A stretch of 64,000 bases of DNA from Hemiscyllium ocellatum (Eukaryota). The notes under the pieces were generated by a model. The model saw nothing but the letters and a program-made list of their open reading frames with translations, ran no database searches and was not told where the DNA came from. The translations under genes and the position numbers were made by a program. Each line of letters opens with the position of its first letter. Positions within the stretch are counted from its first letter, which is position 1. Positions 40,845-52,896 of the stretch are shown in pieces. The stretch is taken from assembly GCF_020745735.1 (NCBI RefSeq), contig NC_083403.1:134620526-134684525 (forward strand), read 5' to 3'.

Positions 40845-43800
40845 ACCTATCAAGTAAGAGTAAATAAATAAAGATACTTTCTAATCTCATAGTTTAATTA
40901 CAATTATGTTTAGAAATGGCTGTTAGTGTTTATAATTAATACCTTTACATAGCAGGCATAATAAATTTAATGGCTCTAATCGTAAATAAATAAACTAGAG
41001 TGTGACATAATAGGTGGGTCCACAGGCAGGTGGATGGAGCAACAGAGGTCAGGGGAAGTCAGGCCAGGATGCTATTCCAGGTAGTCAGGGTTAGTCGGTT
41101 GTGATAGGGAATAATTGGGGTGTGTGGTATTGGTTAGGGAATTGGTTTGAAAAGTGACTGGTGTTTTCAGTGGAGAAGGTTTGTGGTTGAAGCCTGTAGC
41201 CTGATGGCAGTCAGAACATCAGAATGATAAGTGGGAGATCAGTGTGAATTTAGCGTTACCAGTTTTGGAGTTACCAGGAGTTATTGGTTTTATAAAAATA
41301 GAATTTCCTGAGTAACTATCCAGAAACGTTTCAACAGGCCTGTCCCAAATCTCTGACTTGGGCTCAGAGAATTTTGTGGAGGGTCAGAGAGTGCAAGGGA
41401 CTTTCCCAACATGTTCTAACTTCCTGAGCAATTTGCACATAGGTCACCACATCAGTACTTCCATAGGACACTGACTTGTATCTCTGGTCCCATAACCAGT
41501 CTCCAAGAATCTGCAGACTAGAAACTTTGAGCTGATATTTCGGAGGATAATCTCAAATTGTTTGAAATGGTATTTAACATTCAATAGTTTGTGGTTTAGT
41601 ACAGAGAACATTCTTTTGATATGTTAATAATGTTCTCTCTGACAATGATATCCTTTGCATAATATGAATATTTCTATTGAGAATTTCAGAGTTGTATGCA
41701 TTGCAATTACAGGCTGTACAATTTTCAATTTTTAACAATTATGAGGTAAAAAATTTTTTTAAATTGATTTGTATTGAAGACATGTATTGAAAATGTCACC
41801 ATAAATTATTAAGTTAATCAAGTTGATCAAATAATTTTCTGCAGCAACAGTTAGCAACCTGAAAACTGCATTAGTTGAAGCATGGGATTCATGCAACACT
41901 GATTCACCCGCAAGGATTTCACAGTTTAACTGTCGAAAGAAAAGAAAAGAATATACTGTGCTAAGGACCCACAAGCAGTTTTAAAAAGCAACTCAGGATA
42001 CTTCGCTCACTCAACCTTTCAACTAATCAACTCCTCTATCCAACTCCTCTTGCTACCTCTGCAGACAAACTTCAAAACTGATCATAAGCTTAAAATTACA
42101 ATGTACCATGTCAAAATTTTGTATCACCATGTGAAAATAAACTGGCTTTAATATAATCTATTGTTCATGGACATAATAAGATCACCAGTAACTTTTCTGC
42201 ATCTGTTTTAATGAGTTCACCAAATGGTAGGGCTGTGAAAAACTGAAACCAAGTTACAAAGAGAGAAACATAGTGTAAACAAAATAATTTAGCAGAAAAT
42301 GCAAAACGTAAAGATTTGGAAAGTAAGTCTCACTCTTAATGGTACATTTATTTCATTGTTTTGTGAATCAACTAATTAAAATAAAATTACAACAAAAATC
42401 TTCCCGTTTCTAAAACTGGAAAGTAAATAGTCCATAATCAAATGATTTATAAAACCAAACGTCTACATGTTAAATATACAATTTCTGAAATATATTAAGC
42501 TTCTCAGAGGAAAAAAACCATCAAATAACCACAGATCACAGACAACACTATCTGAATACAGGAAGAGGCATTTTCAGTTGTAACTATAAAATTTAAATTG
42601 AGTTTGTAAAAAAAATCTAAAATTTCATCAGTAATTCAAACATTTTTCATTATTAATCTTCCTATCATAAAGAGTTTAGAAAACCAACAGAATAGTTGAA
42701 CAGTCAGTAATGACTCTAAAACAAATAAATTTGAGTTACATTGTATAAGGAATATGATTGCATAACAATATAGAGTACTGGATTACCAACTGACATTGAA
42801 AAGCATATGTGATGTTTCACACTACTAAGTTATCGATCTAAGTACAGAAATCAGTACCTTTGGGATGTTAATTAAAATATCATGCTATGCAGCAACAGCT
42901 TGCATCGTTTCTGACAAGAATCATCATAACTTGCATAAGAGGGATATGAACTTGTGAATTGCAGATAATCTGAGTCAGTGTTAGCAAGGTTGTATTTTGA
43001 GAGATTGATGGGGATCTGACCAGTGGGAGAAAAAAGAACAGTGGGAATCCCTCTCAGTTCCATGATGGAAATCCAACAAAATCAATTGTCTTTTAGACAG
43101 TTAAGTGGCCACCTTTCGGCCCACCACAATCGAGGTGCTTGATGGTAAATGTCTTGCCCACTGAGAGCTACTGGTCAATCAGAGGACAGGATACGGGTCA
43201 CTGGCTGGAATTTTGGCAAGAGCAGGAGTTTAAATTTCATTGGTATTCACACACCAAGGCAATAATTGGTACCACAACCAAGCAGAGAGCCTAAACACAA
43301 GCAATCTCTTAGGAGGACACTGGCAATCCCAACAATGTTAACACACGAGGATATGGATGCATAGATACACCTGAATAGGGATCCAAAAGATGACGGATGC
43401 ACTAACTCAGTGGAATTTTTATCAAGTGTTGTGCAGGTTTCAAGAGGAAATTGTTTTCAAACATGAAGCCTGAAATTTCAGTTACATCAATATCAAGTGA
43501 CTTTGGGCCACATTCTTGGATGTAAATAAATCTACTGAAGTGTATTATTTGACAAAAATCTAGAAAACCTACACAAGCTAGGCTTTTTTGAGAGGTGGTA
43601 AAAGTAGGTAAATAAGTAGAGAACTTGGAATATCTTTGAAGTGGCAATCAATGAAGTATTGATGTTTCATTGTTAATGCACTGTAAATTTCCTCAAAAGA
43701 ACTGGTGCAATGTCATTCTTACTCCACAGTTATAGAAAGTTTTGTGCAATACAACAAACTAAAGGCAGATAAACACCACACAATTATGATATTCCTCTCA

Positions 43801-43954
43801 CAATAAGGTGCCTTTCTGCAGTGTGCAAAACTACATTGATCAAGTTTAGTTGGCTGCTTGTTCTGTATTCACACCAGAAGAAACTATCGGTTTAAATGAC
43901 CGTAGGTAATGCTGCTGAACTGGTCACAAGTTGTACCTGACCTGGACCTAGATC

Positions 43955-44216
43955 TTACCTTTCCTTCTTTTTTCTACAAGCCCTATTAATATTTGATAAC
44001 TTTCCTTTAGGATTTGCTGTCTTAGGTCTCACTGTGTAAGTGCAGCCTTTGTGCTTTTGTTGAACGCCAAGTACATTGCTACACTTATTCTGGGAAGCTG
44101 CTCTCATTTCAGCCAGTTGTTCTTCTTTCTGGATTTCCCACTCTTCATCTGTGTCATCTAATACAATACCTGTCGTTTCAGCGACTCTCCTGTAATTGGA
44201 GCACTCTTGCTCAGCT
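43955..44216 (-). CDS. ANKRD66: ANKRD66 last coding exon (AEQECSNYRR...LDDTDEEWE...RACRKKKER*)
   Basis: Acceptor tgcag, frame continues exon 2; similar to human AEPECQDHR...LDERDEDW; TAA at 43955-43957. Confidence 0.85.
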
Positions 44217-44682
44217 CTGCAAATAAACAGAAATTAGTTTATGCACTATAACACATTTCAGAATTACAAATGCTCTCAGTTTTTCTAATTTTACAATTTA
44301 TTTAAAAAATTGTTAATCTCAAGCTTAATTAAATTCACCATTTAAGTATTGTTTAAAAATCTTAGCCTCAAAATTTGACTTCCTTGTACTTTTTTTTTAA
44401 GTCAAATCCCATCCTTGCTATCCCCACCCCAACCCCCATCTGTCTTGCTCCAACTCCTAGTTACTACCAGTATAAATTCCAAGGTCCACATTCATACTAA
44501 ATTTAGCTTATGTCATTAACGTGATTGGGAAATTTGATCACTGGATTCACAAAGGTGAATCAAAATGCTTTATAAAACGTTTCCCAATCTTTCATCATTG
44601 TCTATTTGAGTTTAACAACGGTGTAATAACCACTATTACAGAAATAACAAACTATCGACAATATTTATATGCCACCACTTAC

Positions 44683-44911
44683 ACTTCAAGGAATTTAACA
44701 CAGTCTTTCTGCCCATATATATCTGCAATTCTTTTAGGGGTGTCCCCATAGAGATCTGCTTTGTCAATAGGAGCGTGTAGAGAATGCAGCATTCGAAGGA
44801 CGGATAATTTTCCAGATTCTGCAGCAAAATGAGCCGCAGTCCATCCAGTCTCAGTTCTTAAGCAAGATCGAGATCCATTTGTGATAAGAAGTTTAACCAT
44901 GTCTGGTTTTC
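44683..44911 (-). CDS. ANKRD66: ANKRD66 exon 2 (KPDMVKLLITNG...GWTAAHFAAESG...GDTPKRIADIYGQKDCVKFLE)
   Basis: 229 nt, AG/GT bounded; GDTPKRIAxIYGQKxCVxFLE is characteristic of ANKRD66. Confidence 0.95.
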
Positions 44912-46359
44912 CTGAAAGTGAAACAAAATAAGGTCGTCACATTAAAGGTTAAACATGATTTACGTAAAACTTAGGTAAATTCTCCAGACAGTCACATGCA
45001 CAGCTCTGTTTGAAACTTTACAACTGAAAAAATAGCTCCATTTAATTGAATTGATCTGGGCAATTTAAGTTTTGACTATCCTTTCAGGTTCCTGGCAAAA
45101 ATCATTCTTTGGAATATAAATAGATTTCTGTATTTTTTTCCCATATTTAAAATGGCCATCTCTGTTAAGTGTTTGCCCTTTTTTGCATAAAGTGGGATAA
45201 CGCTCCAAGGGACTTATTCAAAATATTTTTAAATTAATAAGTTGGCAAGAATGACCAAAATGCTGGATTTTTGTGTGACCCTAAAAAAATCACTTCAGAT
45301 ACAGAAACAGTGTAGTCTTACATGATGTGCAATTTGACAAGTACATATGAATCAAAAGCAGAAGTGGAGAAACAAGGAAGGTGGTTAGAAAAAGATAGAT
45401 CACATCTAACCTCCAAAATAGAAAAATACAGAGATCAAAAAATACGTGACAAGAGGACAGCTTAGTGGCTAACTTTGTTACTACAATAATGTTATTTACA
45501 TATTTTCTGATCAACCTGTTCAGAGATGTTATTACACGCCTCTGCAGCAGGTGGGACTTGAACGGGCATCCTGACCCAGAGGTAAGAACACTACCATCGC
45601 ACCACATATCTTAGCCTACAACAAATTTGTAACTTTAGTTGAAGTTGCAAGCAAGACATCTGACCCCTAAAAAAATTAAAGCCACACCATTAATAGCACA
45701 TACTAATTTTATTTCAGCTTTATCTTAAACATAGCCTGGATGCTGGACTTTATTCAAAAGGAGTGAAGACTTCATGTAGGAAAGCCATGCTACAACTTTA
45801 CAGGGCACTGGTGAAGCCATATCCAGAGTATTGTGTTCAATGTAAGGAGGAGTATACTTGCAAAGAGAAGGTTCACTAGGGGGATTCCTGGGCTGAGATT
45901 AGAAAAATGAACTTTTGAAACATAAGATTTTGAGGAGGCTTGAAGAATAAATGCAGAAAGGATGTTTCAACCCGTGGGAAAATATAGAATAGTTTAACCA
46001 TAAAAGTTGAAGATAATGGCAATAACTAATCTTTGGAATTCTCTTGGAGACCAATGGATGTTGGGTCATTGAATATATTCAAGATTGAATTTGACATCAC
46101 ATCCTGCAACCTTGAAATTATAGAGATAGAAAAATACGTGTCTAGAGGATCAGCCAAGTGGCTAACTTTGCTAACACAATAATGGTATTTATATACTTTC
46201 TTTAACTTACAGGAAATCATGGGGTGGGGGAGACTGACAGGAAAATGGAAGCACTTTCAAGAGAATTAAGGCCACAGTTAGATCCAACATAAAATTTATT
46301 AAATGGTGGAATAGTCTTGACAGACTGAATGGTCTACCCCTGCTCCTACTTTTTATGTC

Positions 46360-47010
46360 ACCAGATTATAGTCCAACAGGTTTATTTGAAATCACAAGCT
46401 TTTGGAATGCTGCTCCTTCATTAGGTAAAGTGAAGAAAAACACAGAGGCACAGAATTTATAGACAGATTGATCAAAGGACTGTACAAATGGTGCGAGTGA
46501 TGGGTCAACAAACTGACTAACAAGATTTTCCAGGTGATCATAAGTGTCAGACAGTGTGAGTAAAGTGTCACTAGCTGAATAGCAAGTGATGTGATGACCG
46601 ATGATCCAATTAATTGAAACAGAGAGATAATTACAAAAAATAAAAAATGGTGCTAGAAACAAACTAAATGGCTGGAATAACATGATAGGTATACGAGTTG
46701 CATGCCGAGGATCTAATCAAAGTAATAAACAACCAAAAACTGTACAAACTAATTAAGGTAGAGAGATCATGACAAGTTACCAAGGCAATCATGTCAAAAC
46801 AGGACAGGTAAGGAAGATTTTACAAATACAGAACAGTATGGTGGGGTTACATGTAGTGTCACAACTCACAACATTTGTACATTCTTTTGATTTCTTTGCC
46901 TGTGTGCTTTTCTTCACTTCACCTGAAAATTTCAAATAAACCTGTTGGACTATAACCTGGTATTTTGCGACTTCTGACCTTGTTCACCTTTCCAACATCA
47001 ACATCTCCAC
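46360..47010. mobile_element. Penelope-related terminal-repeat element with inverted ends
   Basis: ttatagtccaacaggtttatttgaaat ... atttcaaataaacctgttggactataa. Confidence 0.65.
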
Positions 47011-47129
47011 ATTGTGCCTATTTGTTATGATTTTGGGATCTAATGAACTGTCAGCATCCACTGTCATTATCCCTAATGTGAAAATGACTACAAATTCAAT
47101 ATATTGGGTCTTCACAAATTAGAGTGGAG

Positions 47130-47422
47130 AGCTGCCTCACAGCACCTGAGACCCGGGTTCAATTCCCGACTCAGGCGACTGTGTGGAGTTTGCACGTTCT
47201 CCCCGTGTCTGCGTGGGTTTCCTCCGGGTGCTCCAGTTTCCTCCCAGTCCAAAGATGTGCGGGTCAGGTGAATTGGCCATGCTAAATTGCCCGTAGTGTT
47301 AGGTAAGGGGTAATTGTAGGGGTATGGGTGGGTTGCGCTTCGGCGGGTCGGTGTAGACTTGTTGGGCCGAAGAGCCTGTTTCCACACTGTAAGTAGTCTA
47401 ATCTAATCTAATCTAATCTAAT
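47130..47422 (+). mobile_element. HE1-type V-SINE, young subfamily (5' clipped)
   Basis: V-domain and (aatct)n tail. Confidence 0.9.
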
Positions 47423-47518
47423 CCTTGTACAATGTTAAAAGATTAAATTGGAATATCTCTCTGGACATTACTGTAATATTAAAGGGTTAAACTGCACTGA
47501 GTGAACATTCTGGAAGTG

Positions 47519-47709
47519 TACAAAGTTAAAAATCTCACAACACCAGGTTATAGTCCAATAGGTTTAATTGGAAGCACACTAGCTTTCGGAGCGACACTCC
47601 TTCATCAGGTGATAGTCAGTGTGCATCCAATTAAACCTGTTGGACTATAACCTGATGTTGTGTGATTTTTAACTTTGTACATGCCAGTCCAACACCGGCA
47701 TCTCCAAAT
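47519..47709. mobile_element. Palindromic Penelope-derived element, TSD cattctggaagtg
   Basis: Inverted arms; TSD 47506-47518 / 47710-47722. Confidence 0.85.
47577..47611 (-). ncRNA. Minimal hammerhead motif (cac CTGATGA aggag tgtcg ctcc GAAA gCTA gtg), sense to ANKRD66 intron 1
   Basis: Intact core, stems I and II, palindromic AGCT stem III. Confidence 0.7.
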
Positions 47710-48444
47710 CATTCTGGAAGTGGGTGGAGATGACATTCATGCAGAAATGCAGATGACTCCCACCCCATTTAGACAGTCATTTGTTACTACTCCCCCTACT
47801 ATTATCAAATTAAATTATCATTCTATTTCTTCCATTCAGCAGTACTTTCATAGCCATCCTCCGAAGCTAGGTAAATCACACATACCATGTCCTGGGGAAT
47901 CACCGAGTCAGAAAATCGTCTGCATCATGATTCCCCAGGATTAGGGCATTGACATTTACATTATCTCTGCGGATGACCTCATCGTAACATTGTACCTGGA
48001 GCAACCAGTGTTTGTGAGGGAGTGGCTGGGGGTTGTATTGAGTAGGAGTGCAACTGAGAGAGAGTGGCCAGAATATCTGTGAGGATGACCAACCAACCAA
48101 CCTGTATAAAGGGGATGTGTTTTCTTTGTTCAGGGCCTCACTTACACTTGGCTTTTGCCTGCAAAGAGGGTCACTTAGCTTTAACTGTTTGCAGAAGTTG
48201 GTGTGTGCAAATTGCATCTCATGTATGAAACCTAGTGAAAAGAACCTAACATTTGAGTTGCAATTTTTCACTAAACGATCTAAATGATTGTGGTGTGACC
48301 ACCCTCACAATCAGTGAACATGATAGGGGTGAGAACATCCATTTCTTCACCTTGTTCAGTTCAGGGTATCTGGGTTTTTAATGGCAATGCAAAGTTTGAT
48401 GAACTGAACTTAAAAAAGAAGGTATAATTAGTGTTTTTAATCAT

Positions 48445-49415
48445 GGGGGGGGGAGACAAGTGCAGTGTGGTGGGGTGAGAGTGCTGTGAGGTGGGATGAG
48501 GGTGATGTGGGGTGGGGGTGCAGTGTGGTGGGGTGAGAGTGCTGTGAGGTGGGGGGAGGGTGCTGTGAGGTGGGGGGAGAGTGAGGTGGGGTGAGGGTGC
48601 GGGTGCTGTGGGGTGGGGTGAGGGTGCTGTGGGGGGAGGGTGCTGTGGGGTGGGGTGAGAGTGATGTGGGGGGAGGGTGCTGTGGGGTGGGGTGAGAGTG
48701 ATGTGGGGTGAGAGTGATGTGGGGTGAGGGTGATGTGGGGGGAGGGTGCTGTGGGGTGGGGTGAGAGTGAGGTGGGGTGAGAGTGAGGTGGGGTGAGGGT
48801 GCTGTGGGGCGGGGTGAGAGTGATGTGGGGGGGAGGGTGCTGTGAGATGTGGGGGGGAGGGTGCTGTGAGGTGTGGGGGGGAGGGTGCTGTGAGGTGTGG
48901 GGGGGAGGGTGCTGTGATGTGGGGTGAGGGTGCTGTGGGGTGAGGGTGCTGTGGGGTGGGGTGAGAGTGATGTGGGGGGAGGGTGCTGTGGGGCGGGGTG
49001 AGGGTGCTGTGAGGTGTGGGGGGAGGGTGCTGTGATGTGGGGTGAGGGTGCTGTGGGGTGGGGTGAGGGTGCTGTGGGGGGAGGGTGCTGTGGGGCGGGG
49101 TGAGGGTGCTGTGAGGTGTGGGGGGAGGGTGCTGTGAGGTGTGGGGGGAGGGTGCTGTGAGGTGTGGGGGGAGGGTGCTGTGAGGTGGGGGGGGAGGGTG
49201 CTGTGAGGTGGGGGGGAGGGTGCTGTGAGGTCGGGGGGGGAGGGTGCTGTGAGGTGGGGGGGAGGGTGCTGTGAGGTGTGGGGGGAGGGTGCTGTGAGGT
49301 GTGGGGGAGGGTGCTGTGAGGTGGGGGGGGGAGGGTGCTGTGGGGTGGGGTGAGGGTGATGTGGGGTGAGGGTGGGGTGGGGTGAGAGTGGGGTGGGGTG
49401 AGAGTGATGTGGGGT
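48445..49415 (+). repeat. G-rich minisatellite (~19-23-nt units, GGGTGCTGTGAGGTG(T)GGGGGGA / GGGGTGAGAGTGATGT) in ANKRD66 intron 1
   Basis: Tandem degenerate units visible directly. Confidence 0.95.
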
Positions 49416-49790
49416 GCGGTCGGACCCTGGCAGCGCCGCCCCTCCCCCGCCCGGGGCTGGGTGCCCTGACCTTGCACCGCCGCCCAGTGCAGCGCCGTCC
49501 TCTGGCTCCAGTGAGGGTCCTTGCCGTTGGGGTCGCACGTGCCGCTGCGCAGAATCTCCTCCACCAGCTCCGCGTTACCGGCCGCGGCCGCCGCGTGCAA
49601 CTCGCTCATCGCCGCGTCTCCCCGGCAACCGGCCTGGTGCGCACGCGCGACCCCATACCCCGCGCCCCGTCCGAGCCGGCGCACGCGCAGGGGCTGGAGC
49701 CGGCTGGGTTGGAGTCCTGTCAGAGAGGTGCAGTGGCTCCAATGGAGTGTGTCTGAAGGCAAGTGCGACCCCTCGTTACTATCCCCTCCC
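49416..49790. promoter_or_regulatory. CpG island over the ANKRD66 first exon/promoter
   Basis: Dense CpG and high GC against an AT-rich, CpG-poor background. Confidence 0.75.
49471..49609 (-). CDS. ANKRD66: ANKRD66 coding exon 1 (MSELHAAAAAGNAELVEEILRSGTCDPNGKDPHWSQRTALHWAAVQ)
   Basis: Ankyrin repeat similar to human LHQAVAAGD...[20 protein letters not shown]; donor G|gtcagg; synteny with MEP1A. Confidence 0.9.
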
Positions 49791-50611
49791 CTTGTGCTGC
49801 ACGAGTCACTTGGCCCTTTTATTCATATTAACTTTTTGACAGCTGCAAGTTAGCCTCTTGTCTGTGGTTCAATCTGTATGGTCCTCCCTACACTGGGGAG
49901 ACACAACACAGACAGGGTTAAAAATCACACAACACCAGGTTATAGTCCAACAGGTTTGTTTGGAAGCACTAGCTTTCGGAGCGCTGCTCCTTCATGAGGT
50001 GGTTGTGGAATACACAATTGTAAGACACAGAATTTATAGCAAAAGCTTACAGTGTAATATAACTGAAATTATATACTGAAAAAGACCTGGATTGTTTGTT
50101 AAGTCTCTCATCTTTTAGAATGACCATGTTGGTTTCAGTTCTTTCATATGTAAATCCCAGAACTTTTTTGAAGTTACATTCTCAAGTGAACTTTAACAAT
50201 AGGTGCCATGTTGGCCCAGATAATGCATCAAAAGTGTATGGTGCCATGTGTGAGGCTGTCTGTGCCCCAATGTTCAGACTGATTCTAATCTAAAAAAGGG
50301 ATTTATAGACTCATACATGGATTCGTGCAGTTTTTTGAGCAAACACAAATGTAATCCTGAAATTACAAATTCATCCCACAAATTTATGTGTGTGTGTATG
50401 GGGGTGGTGTGAGTGTCTGTGAGAGAATGTGTGGGAGTGTACAGGGGTATACGTCTGTGAGAGGGTACCAGTTCTGACGTGCCACAGCGAGAAATCGTAA
50501 TGACCTCCTCAGGAGACAGACACGAGCTGCAACCAACAGGGTACCCTTTGTTATCCAGTACTTCAGAGGAACCGAAAAGCTATGGCATGTTCTTTGCAGC
50601 CTGCAACACAT

Positions 50612-51336
50612 TGTTATGGGGAAAATCATCAGTCTTGGAGTCAGAGTGAGGGTTCAGAAACATTTTATTGTACAAGGAAACACTGGAGCTCCGGGGAGAG
50701 AAAGACACCGACAGCACAGTGGTCAGCTGCAATTCGTCTCTCGACCCGGAGCACATGTCAAGATACTTTTATACATCTTGTGATGCGATAGGTCAGTGAT
50801 AAGATTATTGCCTTTGTAGCATGATTTATTTATAGTAATCATTGCAGAATCGTTGATAGTTTCGATATAGTTCCAGCACAGCCTCTGTTAGTTTCAGAGT
50901 GTTTTTTTGTTAGTTTCAGTGCAGACATTTGTCAGTTTCAATGTCTGCATGGAAGTCCATTGGTGCATAGTGGGCACTAATCACTCTTTCAGAGAAGGAT
51001 GATTACTGAAGGATGATTAACAATTCATATTGAGTCTGTATCAAGCTGTTAGCATTTCTATCAAAGGTGTTGGCTGGATCCAGACACTTCGGCAGGCAGT
51101 GTAAATTACTCATGTATTCTCTTACCCCACCCGTCTTAAACTAATCAATTGAGTTGTGAGTGCATTGTGTTGGCATTCTGGTGGCCCAAGGCAGTGTCTG
51201 TGTTTGCTCTGCTGTCTCTCTCCATATTGTGGTCTGGCAGCCGTCTTATGTGTCAAGTGGCCAAGTGATGGCTCAGCGACCGTCTTGTGTGTCCGTGTGC
51301 CTAGTGTCCCCCTGCCCCGTGCCATCTCCCACTTCA
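50612..51336 (-). repeat. ERV 3' LTR (725 bp), TATAAAA at 50767-50773 and AATAAA at 50664-50669
   Basis: Direct repeat of 57871-58599; preceded on the minus strand by the PPT. Confidence 0.95.
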
Positions 51337-51347
51337 TTCCCCCCTTT
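51337..51347 (-). other. Polypurine tract AAAGGGGGGAA
   Basis: Immediately abuts the 3' LTR. Confidence 0.85.
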
Positions 51348-52832
51348 GTGGTCAAGGAGGTGACTTCGGAGATCTCCTGCAGACCGTAGAGGTAGGTCAT
51401 CTCTAGGACTTCCTGTTTCTGAGGGGTATCATGGAGTGCCAATTTCATTGGGGGCTCTTCTGTGGTGACACTCACTGCTAGTTCAGTTCTCGTCAGTAGC
51501 GCCTTACAGCAGAACTTTAAACACCCAAGGCCCACACAGAATACCAGTATGAATGCAATGAGGAGAACTATCCCGTGTGCCAAATAGGGTCTTTAAGATT
51601 TACCTATCAACCAATTTAACCAGCTGTCTGTAATGGTGGATCCCTGTCGAAAATTATCTCACTGGTCTCAGATATTCTCGATAGCTTCTGTAATGTTATA
51701 AGAGGCATCAATAACGTGGGTGATACAATTATCACCAATAATTGTGCAAACTTCCCCCTTGCTGTGCTAATTGATAATCCACCGTGTAACATGTCTGCTG
51801 TGTGTAGAGTCTGAGTTAAGCCAGCTCTGTATTAATCGCCACCAGAGCTTTTGAGGTACCATTGCCTAAGATAGTCAGGCCACATACAAGATAATTTTGG
51901 TTTTTAGTGCTGACAATGCCTGCTGCGCACCCCCCCAAAGGTAGAGACCCCAGAAATCCATATCCCACTGATGACACCAAAGTGGTGGGGACCTGTCAGT
52001 CAGCACAGAACTCCTGACTAATGGAGGAGGTCACTATCCTTCTCTGAACATGTCTCCCAGTGGGGCATGGTACAGTAAGGGGTGCAATTGTCCCTACTGC
52101 AAACAGGTTGGGAGGTCTGGGGTGTCTGTCGTGTAAATAGGAAAAGAAATCCCTTCGGTGCTCAGTAACATCCATTGTCCTGTCCTTCTGTCTGTCTGTC
52201 CGCCCACATCGTCCCTGATCCCCCGGCTGGCCCCGTGAGCCTGTGAGTATCGAATGGGACGTCCATGTGGCAGAGCTGACATGGATGCCATTGGCCATTG
52301 CACTGACCACATATGCGTTGTCTGCCCGCGGTCACATTCAAGCATGCTTGCTCACTGCAAGTGCAGGTAAACTGTCCCCTGGTGACTGTACAGCACTGAT
52401 AAATGCATTGAGTCTAGACGCATGAGTCGTTATTGACAACCAGAGCATAAATGCATCCCCACCCCTGTCCTGATAAACAGAGTGGTACTTACCGGGTTTT
52501 AGATGGGTCTTCCCTTCCCTAGGCTGGGGGGCCCAGCCCCATGGGCCGGTGGTCCAATCCAGCTGCACCCATGTACCCTAGAGCCCCCACTTGTATTTCC
52601 CTATCTGCTGTTTTCACACTGCTTCTGAGGTGTCCACCGTATACAGATTGCGATGGGTCCACACCGGGGAGGCCACAAATAGGGATTCAACTGATCACAC
52701 CAACGAGTAGCAGACAGTTTGATTCCCATATAAGCTTAGGTGGGCTTTATAGAAGAGGTTATCCTCAAATCCTGACATGCTCCCGACAGATGTGACACCT
52801 AAACACAGTGAAATACATACAGATACATACAT
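51340..52832 (-). pseudogene. env: ERV env remnant: signal peptide, short SU, basic cleavage site HVQRR, GP2-like TM, membrane anchor
   Basis: ATG 52832 MYVSVCISLCLGVT; TM heptad/ISD-like VDYQLAQQGG-VCTIIGDNCI; anchor GIVLLIAFILVFCVGLGCL; several stops and a frameshift. Confidence 0.88.
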
Positions 52833-52896
52833 TTTGCAGTTAAAATAAAGTTGTCAATCAAAGTCTTTGCTTGTGTCAGGAGGTGCAGTCATGCTT

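Noticed and set aside
48437-49538. 441-aa and 365-aa Pro/His/Thr-rich ORFs
   Set aside because: Artefacts of the stop-free C-rich minisatellite; only 49471-49609 is real coding sequence (ANKRD66 exon 1)
51122-51583. 153-aa ORF as an accessory gene
   Set aside because: It is the env membrane anchor and cytoplasmic tail reading into the 3' LTR
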